A DNA stretch of 63,389 nt, counting the filler, from Folioceros fuciformis (Eukaryota): NCBI GenBank assembly GCA_049999805.1. It is 5 parts of 5 records of this genome, joined end to end, with 100 filler letters (N's around TTAATTAATTAA, not from the genome) between each part and the next. Parts side by side here need not be neighbours in the genome. Positions count along the whole stretch, not along the records: positions 61,852 to 63,389 come from JBNGIO010004950.1; 4 more parts are not named here. One strand, given 5' to 3'. This document shows positions 62,791 through 63,389 of the stretch, piece by piece. A program made the translations under genes and the position numbers. Numbering within the stretch: position 1 is the stretch's first letter; each line of letters begins with the position of its first letter. The notes beneath the pieces are model-generated. The model saw only the letters and a list, made by a program, of their open reading frames with translations, ran no database searches and was not told where the DNA came from.

Positions 62791-63389
62791 TGAGCTGCAG
62801 CGAAACAGGTCCGAAACCTGCCAGACTCAAGTCTAGGCAGGCGAAGTCTGCGGGAGCTATATGGTAATACTTCCTTCCCTGGTCCTTGGTTATGCAAAAC
62901 TGTGCAAGCTGGACATCTGCCTCTTCCTCCTTTCACGTGCAATAGTAGCTGTATTCGAAGAATTGACCCTGCGGATACGTTACTGACAGGCAGCATCAGA
63001 ACTCTTCAACCTTTTCCAACACAGAGCAAAGGGGTGGCTATGGAATGGCAGAAAAGCAGTTAGTGGTCAGCGAAGGGCAACATCAGGTGTTTCCCAAGGA
63101 GAAATTGGTTTGAGGCAAGTAACTCCTCTTCCTTACCTGCCAGGATGTGTATCTTGCTGTGTGCTCATTTACTAACCAGGGCCCCACCTTGTGCATGCAA
63201 TGTTGCAGATTGGGACGGGATGACAGTTGTGGAGTTGGAAAGTGGCACACAAGGGACCAGGATGGGCTGCAGCTCGAACATGAATTCCAGGCTGTGGAAG
63301 CTTTGCAACAGCAAGGCATTCGTCTTTCGACAAACATCCTGCACAGTCACAATAAAGCTTGTTATCGAGCAGATTGAGTCTACTTAGCC

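Overview
Eukaryotic land-plant genomic DNA. The short introns (about 70-110 nt), compact genes and gene set suggest a compact non-seed-plant genome such as a hornwort or lycophyte, but that is inference. The window is a concatenation of five segments (1-23528, 23629-42107, 42208-55059, 55160-61751, 61852-63389) joined by artificial N44-TTAATTAATTAA-N44 spacers, so adjacency across those joins cannot be trusted. Host genes: COQ2/PPT1 (-), a TMEM128-like membrane protein (+), a UFO-like F-box protein (-), an AtEH/Pan1-like EH-domain protein (-), ferredoxin C2 (-), a 2-oxoglutarate/Fe(II) dioxygenase (+) and RHD3 (-). Most of the rest is nested transposon debris: several Ty1/copia families, gypsy fragments, a PIF/Harbinger remnant, a restriction-like-endonuclease non-LTR fragment, tandem repeats and a foldback. 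Two of the copia elements are structurally complete: a 6.76-kb element with LTRs, PBS, PPT and TSD, and a gag/protease-only TR-GAG-like element. The most unusual signal is a disrupted locus at about 62006-62790. Its translation resembles a metazoan-style caspase p20+p10 (DCFMFCVYAHG...D-x-x-AC...GLAFTQSL) more than a plant metacaspase. All family assignments come from motif recognition by eye; no searches were run.
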